From contig JBPOGH010000002.1 in NCBI GenBank assembly GCA_051252135.1, forward strand, positions 248,791 to 312,790: a stretch of DNA of 64,000 nucleotides, in the 5' to 3' direction. The notes under the pieces were generated by a model. The model was not told the DNA's origin. It saw only the letters and a list, made by a program, of their open reading frames with translations, and searched no databases. Both the position numbers and the translations under genes were made by a program. Positions 37,794 through 48,111 of this stretch are shown here, piece after piece (the first letter of the stretch is position 1; each line of letters starts with the position of its first letter). This DNA comes from Verrucomicrobiaceae bacterium. Its GTDB lineage: Bacteria; Verrucomicrobiota; Verrucomicrobiia; Verrucomicrobiales; Akkermansiaceae.

Positions 37794-39848
37794 CTATTGG
37801 TGGCCGGGTTTTTTGTAGAATTCGACGGCGTCGGCGATGACGTAGCCGTCGGCTCCTTCATCGGAGATGACGACTTTTCCGGTGGTGCCTTTTTTGAAGG
37901 GGTAGACGCCGAGGGTGATGAGGGGGGCGGTTTGGGCTTTGCGCTGGTTGACTTTGAGGGTCTTGCTGCCGCCGTGGTAGTGGATGGTGACGGTGGCGTT
38001 GGTGGCGCGATTCGGGTTGGGGGTGTAAGCGACGCGGACTTGGTAGGCTCCCTCTTCGGGGAGGTCGGGGATGTATTCGGCGCGTTGGGCGGGACCTTTT
38101 GAGGGTCCGCCGTTGTGGCGGTAGCCGGTGCCGATGTAGCCGGGGGTGGAGTGGCTGCGATGAGTGAAGCCGGTGAATTGGGCGTCGGTGTCATCGACGA
38201 CAATGCCTTTGAGCTTGGAGACGGGAATGGGCGCTTTTTTGGCGGGGCGTGCGTAGTCGAGGACTTGCTTGTCGGCGAGGAGGCGGGCTTCGAGCTGGGC
38301 GGGATCGATGTCTTGCACGGAGACTTTTTGATCAATGGCCTGGCAGGCTCCGGTGGCGGCGGATTGGCCGAGGACCATGAAGACGGGTTCCATGCGGATG
38401 GAGCCGAAGGCGATGTGGGAGGCGGAGAGGGCGGCGGGGACGAGGAGGTTTTGGCACTCTTCTTTTTTGGGCCGGATGGAGCGGTAGGAGATTTGGTAGG
38501 GGCCGCCGGGGGAGACCTGGACGTCGCCTTCGTTTCGGGCGAAGCCGTTTTCATCGACGTAGCGCTGCACGTGGTGGGAGTCCATGTTGTAGGAGCCCAT
38601 GCCGACGGACATGGGGGTTTGGCGGGTGCGGAAGCAGTCGGCTTCGGTCTGGACGTAGTCGCTGACCATGCGGCGGGCTTCGCGGACGTAGATTTGGTGC
38701 GGCCAGTTTCCGTTGTCGGTGAACTCGTCTTTGGCGAGGCCCCATTTGCTGATGTTGTCCTGGAGGTCCTTGGGGACGCGGGGGTCGTTGCAGAGGAACC
38801 AGAAGAGGCCTTTTTGGTAGGTTTCGTGTTCCTTGATGATGGCTTCGCGCGTGGCGTAATCGCCATCGGGGTAGGCGTAGTTCATGCCGATGTTATCGGT
38901 GGAAAAGCCGCCGTGATTGTTGGTGTCGGTCTTGCGATTGGGCATGGGTTTGTGGTTGCCCCAGACGTTGCGCCAACCTTTTAGGATGTAGCGGAGGTAG
39001 AGTTCGTAGCGGAGGGGGTCGTATCCTTCGGGCTTGGGAAAGGCGACGCGGTTGGCGGGGTCGTCGGTGAGGCACATGCGGAAGCAGTAGGCCTGGATGC
39101 GGTGGTCGCCGGCGCCTTCTTCGCCTGGGCCTTCGGCCTGCACGCCGGGGAGGAGGCCGCTTTTGGGGTCGCCGGGGGTGATGTAGGGGTCGACGTTGTG
39201 ATCGAGTTGGTGGGAGCGGGCGTTGCGGGTTTGGACGCCGTTGAGGGTTTCATCGTATTTTGAATTGGGCTCGCGGCCGACGGTGTAGGTGACGCCGGCC
39301 TTGGCCATGAGGTCGCCCTCATAGGTGCCATCGATGAAGATTTTTCCGCGGTAGGCGTCGCCGGATTCCATGCGGATTTCGGTGATGTTGGGGCCTTCTT
39401 TGGTGACGCCGTTTTTGAGATCGAGGCGTTGGCCGTGGACGACCTGGACTTTGGCCTCGGCGAGCATGGCGCGGAGGGTGTCCTCGGCGATGCGGGGCTC
39501 GAAGCGCCAGATGGCGTCGTCGGATTTCTTGTAGTAGGCGTAGTCGGCAGCTTGTTGTTGTCGCCACGCGTCGGGTTGGTGGTAGTGCTGCTGGAGGCGC
39601 TGGTAGAATTCGCGTGAGATGCCGCCGATGACTTCGCGCTTGCCGGAGTCCGTCATGCCGAGGCCGCCGGAGGTGAGGCCGCCGACGTGTGATGAGGGCT
39701 CGATGAGGATGACGCTTTTTCCCATGCGGGAGGTCTGGATGGCGGCGGCGACGCCGGCGGAGGTGCCGCCGTAGACGATGACATCGCGCTCGATGTGAGA
39801 CGCGTGGGCGAGGATGGGGATGAGAAGGAGGGAGAGCGCTTTGAGCAT
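37794..39848 (-). CDS. FAD-dependent oxidoreductase with C-terminal beta-sandwich domain, secreted
   Basis: The dinucleotide-binding motif is VIVYGGTSAGVAAAIQ...GKSVILIEPSSHVGGLTSGGLG. A signal peptide is present. The architecture resembles PVC FAD_oxidored proteins found in glycan-degradation loci. Confidence 0.7.
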   Translation of the reverse strand: MLKALSLLLIPILAHASHIERDVIVYGGTSAGVAAAIQTSRMGKSVILIEPSSHVGGLTSGGLGMTDSGKREVIGGISREFYQRLQQHYHQPDAWRQQQAADYAYYKKSDDAIWRFEPRIAEDTLRAMLAEAKVQVVHGQRLDLKNGVTKEGPNITEIRMESGDAYRGKIFIDGTYEGDLMAKAGVTYTVGREPNSKYDETLNGVQTRNARSHQLDHNVDPYITPGDPKSGLLPGVQAEGPGEEGAGDHRIQAYCFRMCLTDDPANRVAFPKPEGYDPLRYELYLRYILKGWRNVWGNHKPMPNRKTDTNNHGGFSTDNIGMNYAYPDGDYATREAIIKEHETYQKGLFWFLCNDPRVPKDLQDNISKWGLAKDEFTDNGNWPHQIYVREARRMVSDYVQTEADCFRTRQTPMSVGMGSYNMDSHHVQRYVDENGFARNEGDVQVSPGGPYQISYRSIRPKKEECQNLLVPAALSASHIAFGSIRMEPVFMVLGQSAATGACQAIDQKVSVQDIDPAQLEARLLADKQVLDYARPAKKAPIPVSKLKGIVVDDTDAQFTGFTHRSHSTPGYIGTGYRHNGGPSKGPAQRAEYIPDLPEEGAYQVRVAYTPNPNRATNATVTIHYHGGSKTLKVNQRKAQTAPLITLGVYPFKKGTTGKVVISDEGADGYVIADAVEFYKKPGHQ

Positions 39849-39893
39849 GACTTGGTGAGAGAGATACCTTGATAGAGGCACAAACTTTTCAAG

Positions 39894-40415
39894 TTATGGG
39901 CTCCAGCGGACGGCAGCTCCGAGGGCGATGAGGGCGCCGCGGCGGTGGGTTTTGAGGAGGGAGGCGGGCATGGGGGAGTCTGGGCCCTCGAGGGGGAGGC
40001 GGATGAGGAGGGCTTCCTGGCCGTCCCAGCTGTAGAGTTTGAGGCGGGCGAAGCCGTTTTTTTCATCGTGGAAGAAGACGATGAGGCCGTCGGGGTTTTC
40101 GATTTTTTCGAAGAGGGTTGGGAGTTTTTTGGCGTCCTTGGTGTTGAGGAGGGCGTCGAAGGAGAGGTCGGCTTCCTTTAATTTGAGGATGGTGAGCTTG
40201 AGGTTGTGTTCGTTCCAGGGGAAGGCGTTGCCGATGGCGGCATCGACATAGAGTGCGCGCATGTCTTTTTCGAGGAGCTCGGCGAGGCGGATGCTGGCCT
40301 TGGAGCGGGTGCCGGTGGTGGCATCGAGGAAGGCGAGGTTGACGCCGCGTGATCCGGCGGAGAGCGAGGTGGGGAGGAGGAGGGAGATGATGAGGAGGAG
40401 GATGGAGAGGCGCAT
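39894..40415 (-). CDS. hypothetical secreted protein
   Basis: Signal peptide MRLSILLLIISLLLPTSLSA. No recognisable motif. It is tightly packed between the sulfatase and the FAD oxidoreductase. Confidence 0.5.
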   Translation of the reverse strand: MRLSILLLIISLLLPTSLSAGSRGVNLAFLDATTGTRSKASIRLAELLEKDMRALYVDAAIGNAFPWNEHNLKLTILKLKEADLSFDALLNTKDAKKLPTLFEKIENPDGLIVFFHDEKNGFARLKLYSWDGQEALLIRLPLEGPDSPMPASLLKTHRRGALIALGAAVRWSP

Positions 40416-40433
40416 GGGATTGGTTGGGTTTGC

Positions 40434-41882
<1,449 letters not shown>

Positions 41883-41978
41883 CGTGGTATTCTTTAAAAA
41901 ATGGCGGGGAATGCGAGGATGAAGAACGGAGGTGGACTCGTGAGTTGAGAAGTGGCGGAGGAAGTGTCATCGTCGGGG

Positions 41979-42785
41979 ATGCGATTTGCGGTCCTGAGTC
42001 TGTTGATGGGTGTGTCTCTTTATGGGCAGGAGGTTTTGAGTCAAAAGGCGGTGCATGCGGAGGGGTGCGGGCCGTGTGCTTTGGTGAATCAGCTGCGGAT
42101 GGGAGGAGCGGCGGAGCGGGCGGGGTATGAGAAGTTGCCGGGGAAGACGGCGGAGGCGAAGGCGCGGGGGATTATCGGGAAGTATGGGAATCGGGTGTCG
42201 CCGACGTATCGTGACGGTCGTGCGGTGTTTCGCAAATCGGGCGTGACGTGGCAGGACATGCAGCGGCTGGCGAACTGGGTGCGGAGTGATGTGGGCTTGC
42301 CGGAGCTGGAGGAAGCGTATCTGGACCGGAAGAAGGATGAGGGGCTGGACCCGCATCTTAAGAGGATTCACGGGTTGCTGAAGGGGTCGCTGGATGAGGG
42401 GGTGATGCCGATCATTTCGTTTCGATCGTTTGGGGCATCGTATACGGAGGAGGGAGGCGGGTGGTTGTGGAAGCCGCTCTATGGGCACTTTGTGCTGATG
42501 ACGGAGATTCAGGAGGAGTTGGCGGAGGGAGAGAAGGGGTTTCGTTTTCGGTTTGCGGATTCGGCGACGGGGCAGGTGGAGACGGGGTATGCGCATTTAT
42601 CCGAGGCGCGGAATTTTACGGCGGTGAAGGGGAGTCAGAAGGATTGGGTGTGGGCTCCGAACCGGCCGTTTTTGGTGGTGACGGCTCCGACCTTGCGGCT
42701 GAAGGTGCAGGATCACGAGTGGTATGCGCGGACGTTTATTACCTTGAATCATGCGGTGTACGCGGAAACGGAGCGGGAGGACTAA
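41979..42785 (+). CDS. secreted papain-fold (peptidase C39-like) protein, tentative
   Basis: Signal peptide MRFAVLSLLMGVSLYG. The candidate nucleophile context is EGCGPCALVNQLRMGG. The candidate His strand is YGHFVLMTEI. Confidence 0.45.
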   Translation: MRFAVLSLLMGVSLYGQEVLSQKAVHAEGCGPCALVNQLRMGGAAERAGYEKLPGKTAEAKARGIIGKYGNRVSPTYRDGRAVFRKSGVTWQDMQRLANWVRSDVGLPELEEAYLDRKKDEGLDPHLKRIHGLLKGSLDEGVMPIISFRSFGASYTEEGGGWLWKPLYGHFVLMTEIQEELAEGEKGFRFRFADSATGQVETGYAHLSEARNFTAVKGSQKDWVWAPNRPFLVVTAPTLRLKVQDHEWYARTFITLNHAVYAETERED

Positions 42786-42818
42786 AGCCTCACCGCTCCG
42801 TTGTTTTACCCGAGTTTG

Positions 42819-43604
42819 TTAGGCGCGCTGGCGGCGCAGGAGGGCGAGGGTTCCTCCAAGAAGTGAGAGGAGGACCGATGATGGTTCGGGCACGGGGGTG
42901 CCGACGATTTGGATGCCGTTGATGATGGAGATGTCGTTATTCGGGAGGAGGACGGCGGGGGTGGAGGCGATGCGGAAGTTGAGATCGTCCATGCCGCTGA
43001 ACTTGATGTAGTTCCCGGAGGATGCACCGGTGCCGTTGATGTAGTTCGAGCCGGCGACGGTTCCGAAGGCGGGGGATGATTCAGTGAGCGATTCCGGGAG
43101 GAAGCCGGTGCCGACACTGGTGTAGCTGATCTCGGAAAGGCCGCCCGGGCCGTTGTTGTGAGAGCTGTAGATGTAGACGTCATATGAGGACCAGCCGAGG
43201 GAGGCGAGGCTGGCGATGGTGACATCGACGGTGACAGGGATAGCGGAGGGAGGGGACATGCTGGTGAGGAAGGTGGCGATGCCGCGGCTCATCATTTGAT
43301 CATCACCGGGGCCTGGGATGCTGCCACCGACGTATCCGGGAACATCCCAGGACATGGTGGAGTTCCATTGGACGGCTACTCCGGAAACGGTGCCGGCACC
43401 GGTGAGGGGGGAGACCCCTCCGGAGAGGCCGAAGGCAGGTTCCCAAAACTGGGCGGGAACGACTCCGGCGGTATCGGAGGAGACCATGGGTGGGGTGGAG
43501 CTGGTGCCCATGAAATCGACCGAGACGGTAGTGGCCGAGGCCATGCCGGTGAGGGAGAGAGTGAGGGCGGTGAGTTTGCAGGTGGTGAACGCAATAGTTT
43601 TCAT
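42819..43604 (-). CDS. PEP-CTERM sorting-domain surface protein
   Basis: The C-terminus VPEPSSVLLSLLGGTLALLRRQRA has the PEP motif, a TM helix and a basic tail. The N-terminal signal peptide is MKTIAFTTCKLTALTLSLTGMASA. Confidence 0.8.
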   Translation of the reverse strand: MKTIAFTTCKLTALTLSLTGMASATTVSVDFMGTSSTPPMVSSDTAGVVPAQFWEPAFGLSGGVSPLTGAGTVSGVAVQWNSTMSWDVPGYVGGSIPGPGDDQMMSRGIATFLTSMSPPSAIPVTVDVTIASLASLGWSSYDVYIYSSHNNGPGGLSEISYTSVGTGFLPESLTESSPAFGTVAGSNYINGTGASSGNYIKFSGMDDLNFRIASTPAVLLPNNDISIINGIQIVGTPVPEPSSVLLSLLGGTLALLRRQRA

Positions 43605-43780
43605 TTTTTGGATGGATTTAGGTTGTGGGGATTTCCCCTTCACCTGCTCCATCGCGAGGGATGAAAACGAATGTCAGATTTAGTGGATTTTTTTTGAGGC
43701 GTTGGGCGAAAATGGTTAGAGATTCAAAATGATTAAGTTTTCTTGATTATCCGAAATCAGTTTTTTAGCATTTCTATGCT

Positions 43781-45049
43781 TTGAATATTTCCGGCCTTCC
43801 CCAGCAAGTTGTCGTTCTTTCGTTCGGCCTTATTTCGTCATCAGTTCTTTCCGCGCAGACCCTGCGATCGAGTGATGATTTTTTTAGCGAGGGATTTTTC
43901 CTGGATACGAATCTGGAGTATTCGAAGCATATGCTCTCGTTGCAGCGCGGGGTGACGGACAAGTCGATCCATCTGTTGGAATCGCTGCGGGATGGGAAGC
44001 TGGAGACGGGTAAGGTTTATTTGTCGGGTCACGGGTCGTATTCGCATTACGAGGAGCGGACCGATACGGCGGGTAAGTTTCCGATTCTGGGGCGTTTTCC
44101 GGAGCAGCATAATGCCACAAGAACGTCGGGGAGTGAGGATGTGATCGATATTTTGAGCATGTCGCTGACGTATGCGCCATCGCCCTGGGTGGCGGTGTAT
44201 GTGAACGGGATTTATACGGACATTGAGTTTCCGCGGCAGGAGGAGGCGCAGATTCGGGAAGGATTTGTGACGATTGGTAATTTGCAGGAGAGTCCGTTCT
44301 ATGCGGCGGCGGGTAAGAAGACGGTCAACTTTGGCAGGATGGACGCTTACAATCCGACGACGCACACGGTGACGAATCACTTTTACCGGACGGACATGAG
44401 GGACATGGTGCTGGAGTTGGGCTATGTGTCCGATGACTGGCATTTTACGATTTCGGCGATGGAGGGCGGGCGGCAGTTGCGGGTGGCGGACTCGACGAAC
44501 GACGACTTTTTGGGGAATTTTGCGCTCACGGCGCAGCGGAATTTTGAGTGCGGCGACTGGGATATCTCGGTGGGTGCGGGTTACTTGAATAGTTCGATTT
44601 ACGATAGTGATTCGGCAAACCATCCGGGGGTTGCACCGGACCCGTTGACGATGCGTCACCGGAACGGGGTTTACGATGTGTGGGTGGAAGCGAAGAACGG
44701 GCCTTGGTCTTTCCTTGCCGAGTATACCAAGACCGAGCGGGCGTGGCCGGCGACGGGGCGGGCGGTGGAGGCGATCAGCTTGCAGGCGGCGTATGATACG
44801 ACGATCTGGGATCGCCCGACGAGGCTATCGGCATCCTGGGGACGGGGTGAGCAGGGGCGTGCGACCGATCCCTATTACGAGCTGACGCAGCTGGCGGTGG
44901 GTGCGGAGATGTGGGTGACGCCGAACTTTTCGATGAGCGCGGAGTATGTCTACAACACGGGGTTTGTTCCGTTGATCATGATTTCGCGGGCGTCTGATCC
45001 GGGGGTTGATACCGGGACGTTGATTTTGAGCGGGAGGGTGTTTTTCTAA
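43781..45049 (+). CDS. outer-membrane beta-barrel (porin-like) protein, function unknown
   Basis: A signal-like N-terminus, alternating beta-strand pattern and terminal Phe (LSGRVFF). It opens with a TTG start. Confidence 0.5.
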   Translation: MNISGLPQQVVVLSFGLISSSVLSAQTLRSSDDFFSEGFFLDTNLEYSKHMLSLQRGVTDKSIHLLESLRDGKLETGKVYLSGHGSYSHYEERTDTAGKFPILGRFPEQHNATRTSGSEDVIDILSMSLTYAPSPWVAVYVNGIYTDIEFPRQEEAQIREGFVTIGNLQESPFYAAAGKKTVNFGRMDAYNPTTHTVTNHFYRTDMRDMVLELGYVSDDWHFTISAMEGGRQLRVADSTNDDFLGNFALTAQRNFECGDWDISVGAGYLNSSIYDSDSANHPGVAPDPLTMRHRNGVYDVWVEAKNGPWSFLAEYTKTERAWPATGRAVEAISLQAAYDTTIWDRPTRLSASWGRGEQGRATDPYYELTQLAVGAEMWVTPNFSMSAEYVYNTGFVPLIMISRASDPGVDTGTLILSGRVFF

Positions 45050-45104
45050 GAGGTCGGTTGATCTTTATTGATTGAAGACGGAGAGGAGCGGGTCATCCTG
45101 CCGC

Positions 45105-47351
45105 ATGATCTTTCGTGCTCTGTTGGCGGTGTGTTTTCTCCCGGGTCTTTGCTTAGGCGGGGTGGAGGAATTCGTGGAAGCGGCGGCGAAGGAAGGGCCG
45201 CTGGCGAAGAGGGCGGCGGAGTTTTTAGTGGAGGGGATGCCGGAGCGGGATCGGGAGGAGTTGTCGGTGGAGTTTTTGATGGAGAACTTGCGGTTGGCGT
45301 TGAAGGCGCGGGAGGAATTCTCTTGGGCGAAGGCGGTGCCGGAAGGGGTATTTTTTAATGATGTGGTGCCTTATGCCTCGCTGGATGAGACGCGGGAGCG
45401 TTGGCGGCCGGAGTTTTATGAGACGTGCTCGAAGTTGGTGAAGGATTGCGAGTCGACGACGGAGGCGGCGCAGGTGATCAACCGGGAGTTTTTTAAGATC
45501 ATCGGGGTGCACTACAACACGGGGCGGAAGGCACCGAACCAGAGTCCGGCTGAGTCGAAGAAGCTGGGGATGGCGACGTGCACGGGACTGTCGATTATTT
45601 TGGTGGATGCGTGTCGATCGGTGGGGGTGCCGGCGCGGGTTGCGGGGACGGCGTTGTGGGCAAACAAGCGGGGGAATCACACGTGGGTGGAGATTTATGA
45701 CGGGGGGCAGTGGTTTTTTACGGGAGCGGACGAGTATGATGCGAAGGGGTTGAATCGGGGATGGTTTGCGGGGGATGCCTCGAAGGCGGTGGCGGATGAT
45801 TGGCGGCATGCGATTTGGGCGACGTCGTGGCGGAAGACGGGTGATCATTTCCCGATGGTGTGGAGTTTGAAGGATCGGAGTGTGCCGGCGGTGAATGTGA
45901 CGTCGCGTTATGTGAAGGAAGAGAAGGCGGCGGAAGCGACGGCGTATTTTCGATTGTGGGACAAGCGGGGCGGGGAGCGTTTGGTGGGTGAGTTGAAGGT
46001 GAGAGATGAGACAGGGAAGGTGTTGGGAACGGTGACGACGAAGGCGGGGACGGCGGACTTGAATGATATGGCGTCGGTGCCGGTGAGAGCGGGCGGGAGT
46101 TATCGGGTGGAAGTGACGGTGGGAGATGAGGTGCGGGAGGAGACGTTTTCGGTAGCGAAAGAGAGTGCGACGCTTGATCTGTATTGGGAGGGGCTGGGGC
46201 GGACGGCGGGTATTTTGGAAGAGGTGAAGGGGTGGCTGGCGTTGCTGCCGGAGGAGCGGCATTTGTCGGTGCCGGAGGGGGGGATGTCCGAGGAAGAGGC
46301 GGGTGAGGTGACGCGCTTGATTGAGGAGTCGCTTCGGGGAGAGATTTTGGAAGAGAGGAAGCAAGATATGAAGAGGCGCGTGGTGAGGGCGGCGGGGAAG
46401 GAAATGAAGTATTTGGAGCGAGTGTTTGGAGACGCGCCGGAGGGGGAGAGATCACTTTGGATCTCGATGCATGGAGGGGGAGGTGCGCCGGCGCGAGTGA
46501 ATGACCAACAGTGGCAGAATCAGATTCGGCTCTATGAGCCGAAGGAAGGGATTGTGGTGGCTCCGCGGGCGCCGACGAATACGTGGAACCTGTGGCATGA
46601 GGGTCACATTGATGCGCTCTTTGATCGTCTGATTGAGGATATGGTGGCGTTGCGCGGGGTGAATCCGAACAAGGTTTACCTGATGGGATACTCGGCGGGT
46701 GGCGATGGGGTTTACCAACTTGCGCCGCGGATGGCGGATCGGTTTGCGGCGGCATCGATGATGGCAGGGCATCCGAATGATGCGAGTCCGTTGGGCTTAC
46801 GCAATTTGCCCTTTATGATTTTTATGGGCGGGGAGGATGCGGCTTATAAGCGGAACGAAATTGCGGCGGAGTGGGGGGAGAAGCTGGCGAAATTTCGGGA
46901 GGATGATGCGGAGGGATATGAGCACAAGGTGACGATTTACAAGGGGCTGGGGCATTGGATGAAGGGGAAGGATCGGGAAGCCTTGCCGTGGATGGCGGAG
47001 CGGGTGCGGGAGCCCTGGCCGAAGAAGGTGGTGTGGCATCAGAGCGGGCGGACGCATGATCGGTTTTACTGGTTGGCGGTGCCGGAGGGGACGGGGATGC
47101 GCGGGCAGACGGTGCGGGCGGAGGTGAAGGGGCAGGTGATTGGGATCGAGAGTGAGGGGGTGGATACTTTACGGTTGAGGTTGAGTGATGCGCTGGTGGA
47201 CCTGGATGACGAGGTGGTGGTGCGGGTGAATGGGGAGGAGAAATTTAAGGGGAAGGTGGAGCGAGAGGTGCGGGCGATTTGGGAGTCGCTGAATGAGCGA
47301 TTTGATGGGGTGACGGTGGCGAGTGCAATTTTGACCATTGATTTGAAATGA
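45105..47351 (+). CDS. fusion of transglutaminase-like cysteine protease core and alpha/beta-hydrolase (esterase) domain
   Basis: The TGase-core Cys is in GMATCTGLSIILVDACRSVG, and the His/Asp region is GNHTWVEIYDGGQWFF. The C-terminal hydrolase has HGGGG and the nucleophile elbow GYSAGG. A signal peptide starts at ATG 45105. Confidence 0.7.
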   Translation: MIFRALLAVCFLPGLCLGGVEEFVEAAAKEGPLAKRAAEFLVEGMPERDREELSVEFLMENLRLALKAREEFSWAKAVPEGVFFNDVVPYASLDETRERWRPEFYETCSKLVKDCESTTEAAQVINREFFKIIGVHYNTGRKAPNQSPAESKKLGMATCTGLSIILVDACRSVGVPARVAGTALWANKRGNHTWVEIYDGGQWFFTGADEYDAKGLNRGWFAGDASKAVADDWRHAIWATSWRKTGDHFPMVWSLKDRSVPAVNVTSRYVKEEKAAEATAYFRLWDKRGGERLVGELKVRDETGKVLGTVTTKAGTADLNDMASVPVRAGGSYRVEVTVGDEVREETFSVAKESATLDLYWEGLGRTAGILEEVKGWLALLPEERHLSVPEGGMSEEEAGEVTRLIEESLRGEILEERKQDMKRRVVRAAGKEMKYLERVFGDAPEGERSLWISMHGGGGAPARVNDQQWQNQIRLYEPKEGIVVAPRAPTNTWNLWHEGHIDALFDRLIEDMVALRGVNPNKVYLMGYSAGGDGVYQLAPRMADRFAAASMMAGHPNDASPLGLRNLPFMIFMGGEDAAYKRNEIAAEWGEKLAKFREDDAEGYEHKVTIYKGLGHWMKGKDREALPWMAERVREPWPKKVVWHQSGRTHDRFYWLAVPEGTGMRGQTVRAEVKGQVIGIESEGVDTLRLRLSDALVDLDDEVVVRVNGEEKFKGKVEREVRAIWESLNERFDGVTVASAILTIDLK

Positions 47352-48103
47352 GCCCGAGACGATATCGATGTGCAAAAGTGGCGGGGCCGATTGAGGTCGA
47401 TGGATCGCTGCGGGATCCGGCGTGGAGCGGGGTGCCTTGGAGTGACGACTTTGTGGACATCACGGGGGAAGAGGCGTTGAAGCCGCGGTATCGGACGCGG
47501 GTGAAAATGGCTTGGGATGAGCACTTTTTTTACGTGGGGGCCGAGCTGGAGGAGCCACATGTCTGGGGGACGATCACGGAGAAGAATGCGGTGATGTTTG
47601 AGGACAATGACTTTGAGGTGTTCATCGATCCGGATGGGGATGGGTTGAATTATTATGAGTTCGAGATCAATGCGCTGGGGACGATTTGGGAGCTGAGTTT
47701 GCCGAAGCCGTATGGGGAGGGCGGGGTGCCGATCTTGGGCTGTAATTTGGAAGGGCTGAAGAGCACGGTGCAGGTGCGGGGGCGGATCAATGATCCCTCG
47801 TGTGAGGATGAGGGGTGGTCGGTGGAAGTGGCCTTTCCGTGGTCGGAGTTGAAGAAGTATCACAAGGAGGGTGCGGTGCCGCCGAAGCCGGGGGATGTGT
47901 GGAAGGTGAATTTTTCACGGGTGCAGTGGAAGCACGAGGTGGTGGACGGTGGATACGTGCGGATTCCGCCGCATGGGACGCCGATTGCGGAGAGTCTGAA
48001 TCCGGAAGAGCAGCCGCATCCGGAAGATAACTGGGTGTGGAGTCCGCAGGGGGCGGTGAACATGCACCTGCCGGGGAGGTGGGGCGAGGTGGAGTTTGCT
48101 TAG
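47348..48103 (+). CDS. carbohydrate-binding family 9-like (DOMON-like) protein
   Basis: IEVDGSLRDPAWSGVPWSDDFVDI...KMAWDEHFFYVGAELEEPHVW...FEDNDFEVFIDPDGDGLNYYEFEINALG matches the family. The ATGA start overlaps the upstream gene's stop. Confidence 0.7.
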   Translation: MSPRRYRCAKVAGPIEVDGSLRDPAWSGVPWSDDFVDITGEEALKPRYRTRVKMAWDEHFFYVGAELEEPHVWGTITEKNAVMFEDNDFEVFIDPDGDGLNYYEFEINALGTIWELSLPKPYGEGGVPILGCNLEGLKSTVQVRGRINDPSCEDEGWSVEVAFPWSELKKYHKEGAVPPKPGDVWKVNFSRVQWKHEVVDGGYVRIPPHGTPIAESLNPEEQPHPEDNWVWSPQGAVNMHLPGRWGEVEFA

Positions 48104-48111
48104 GGGGCGGG

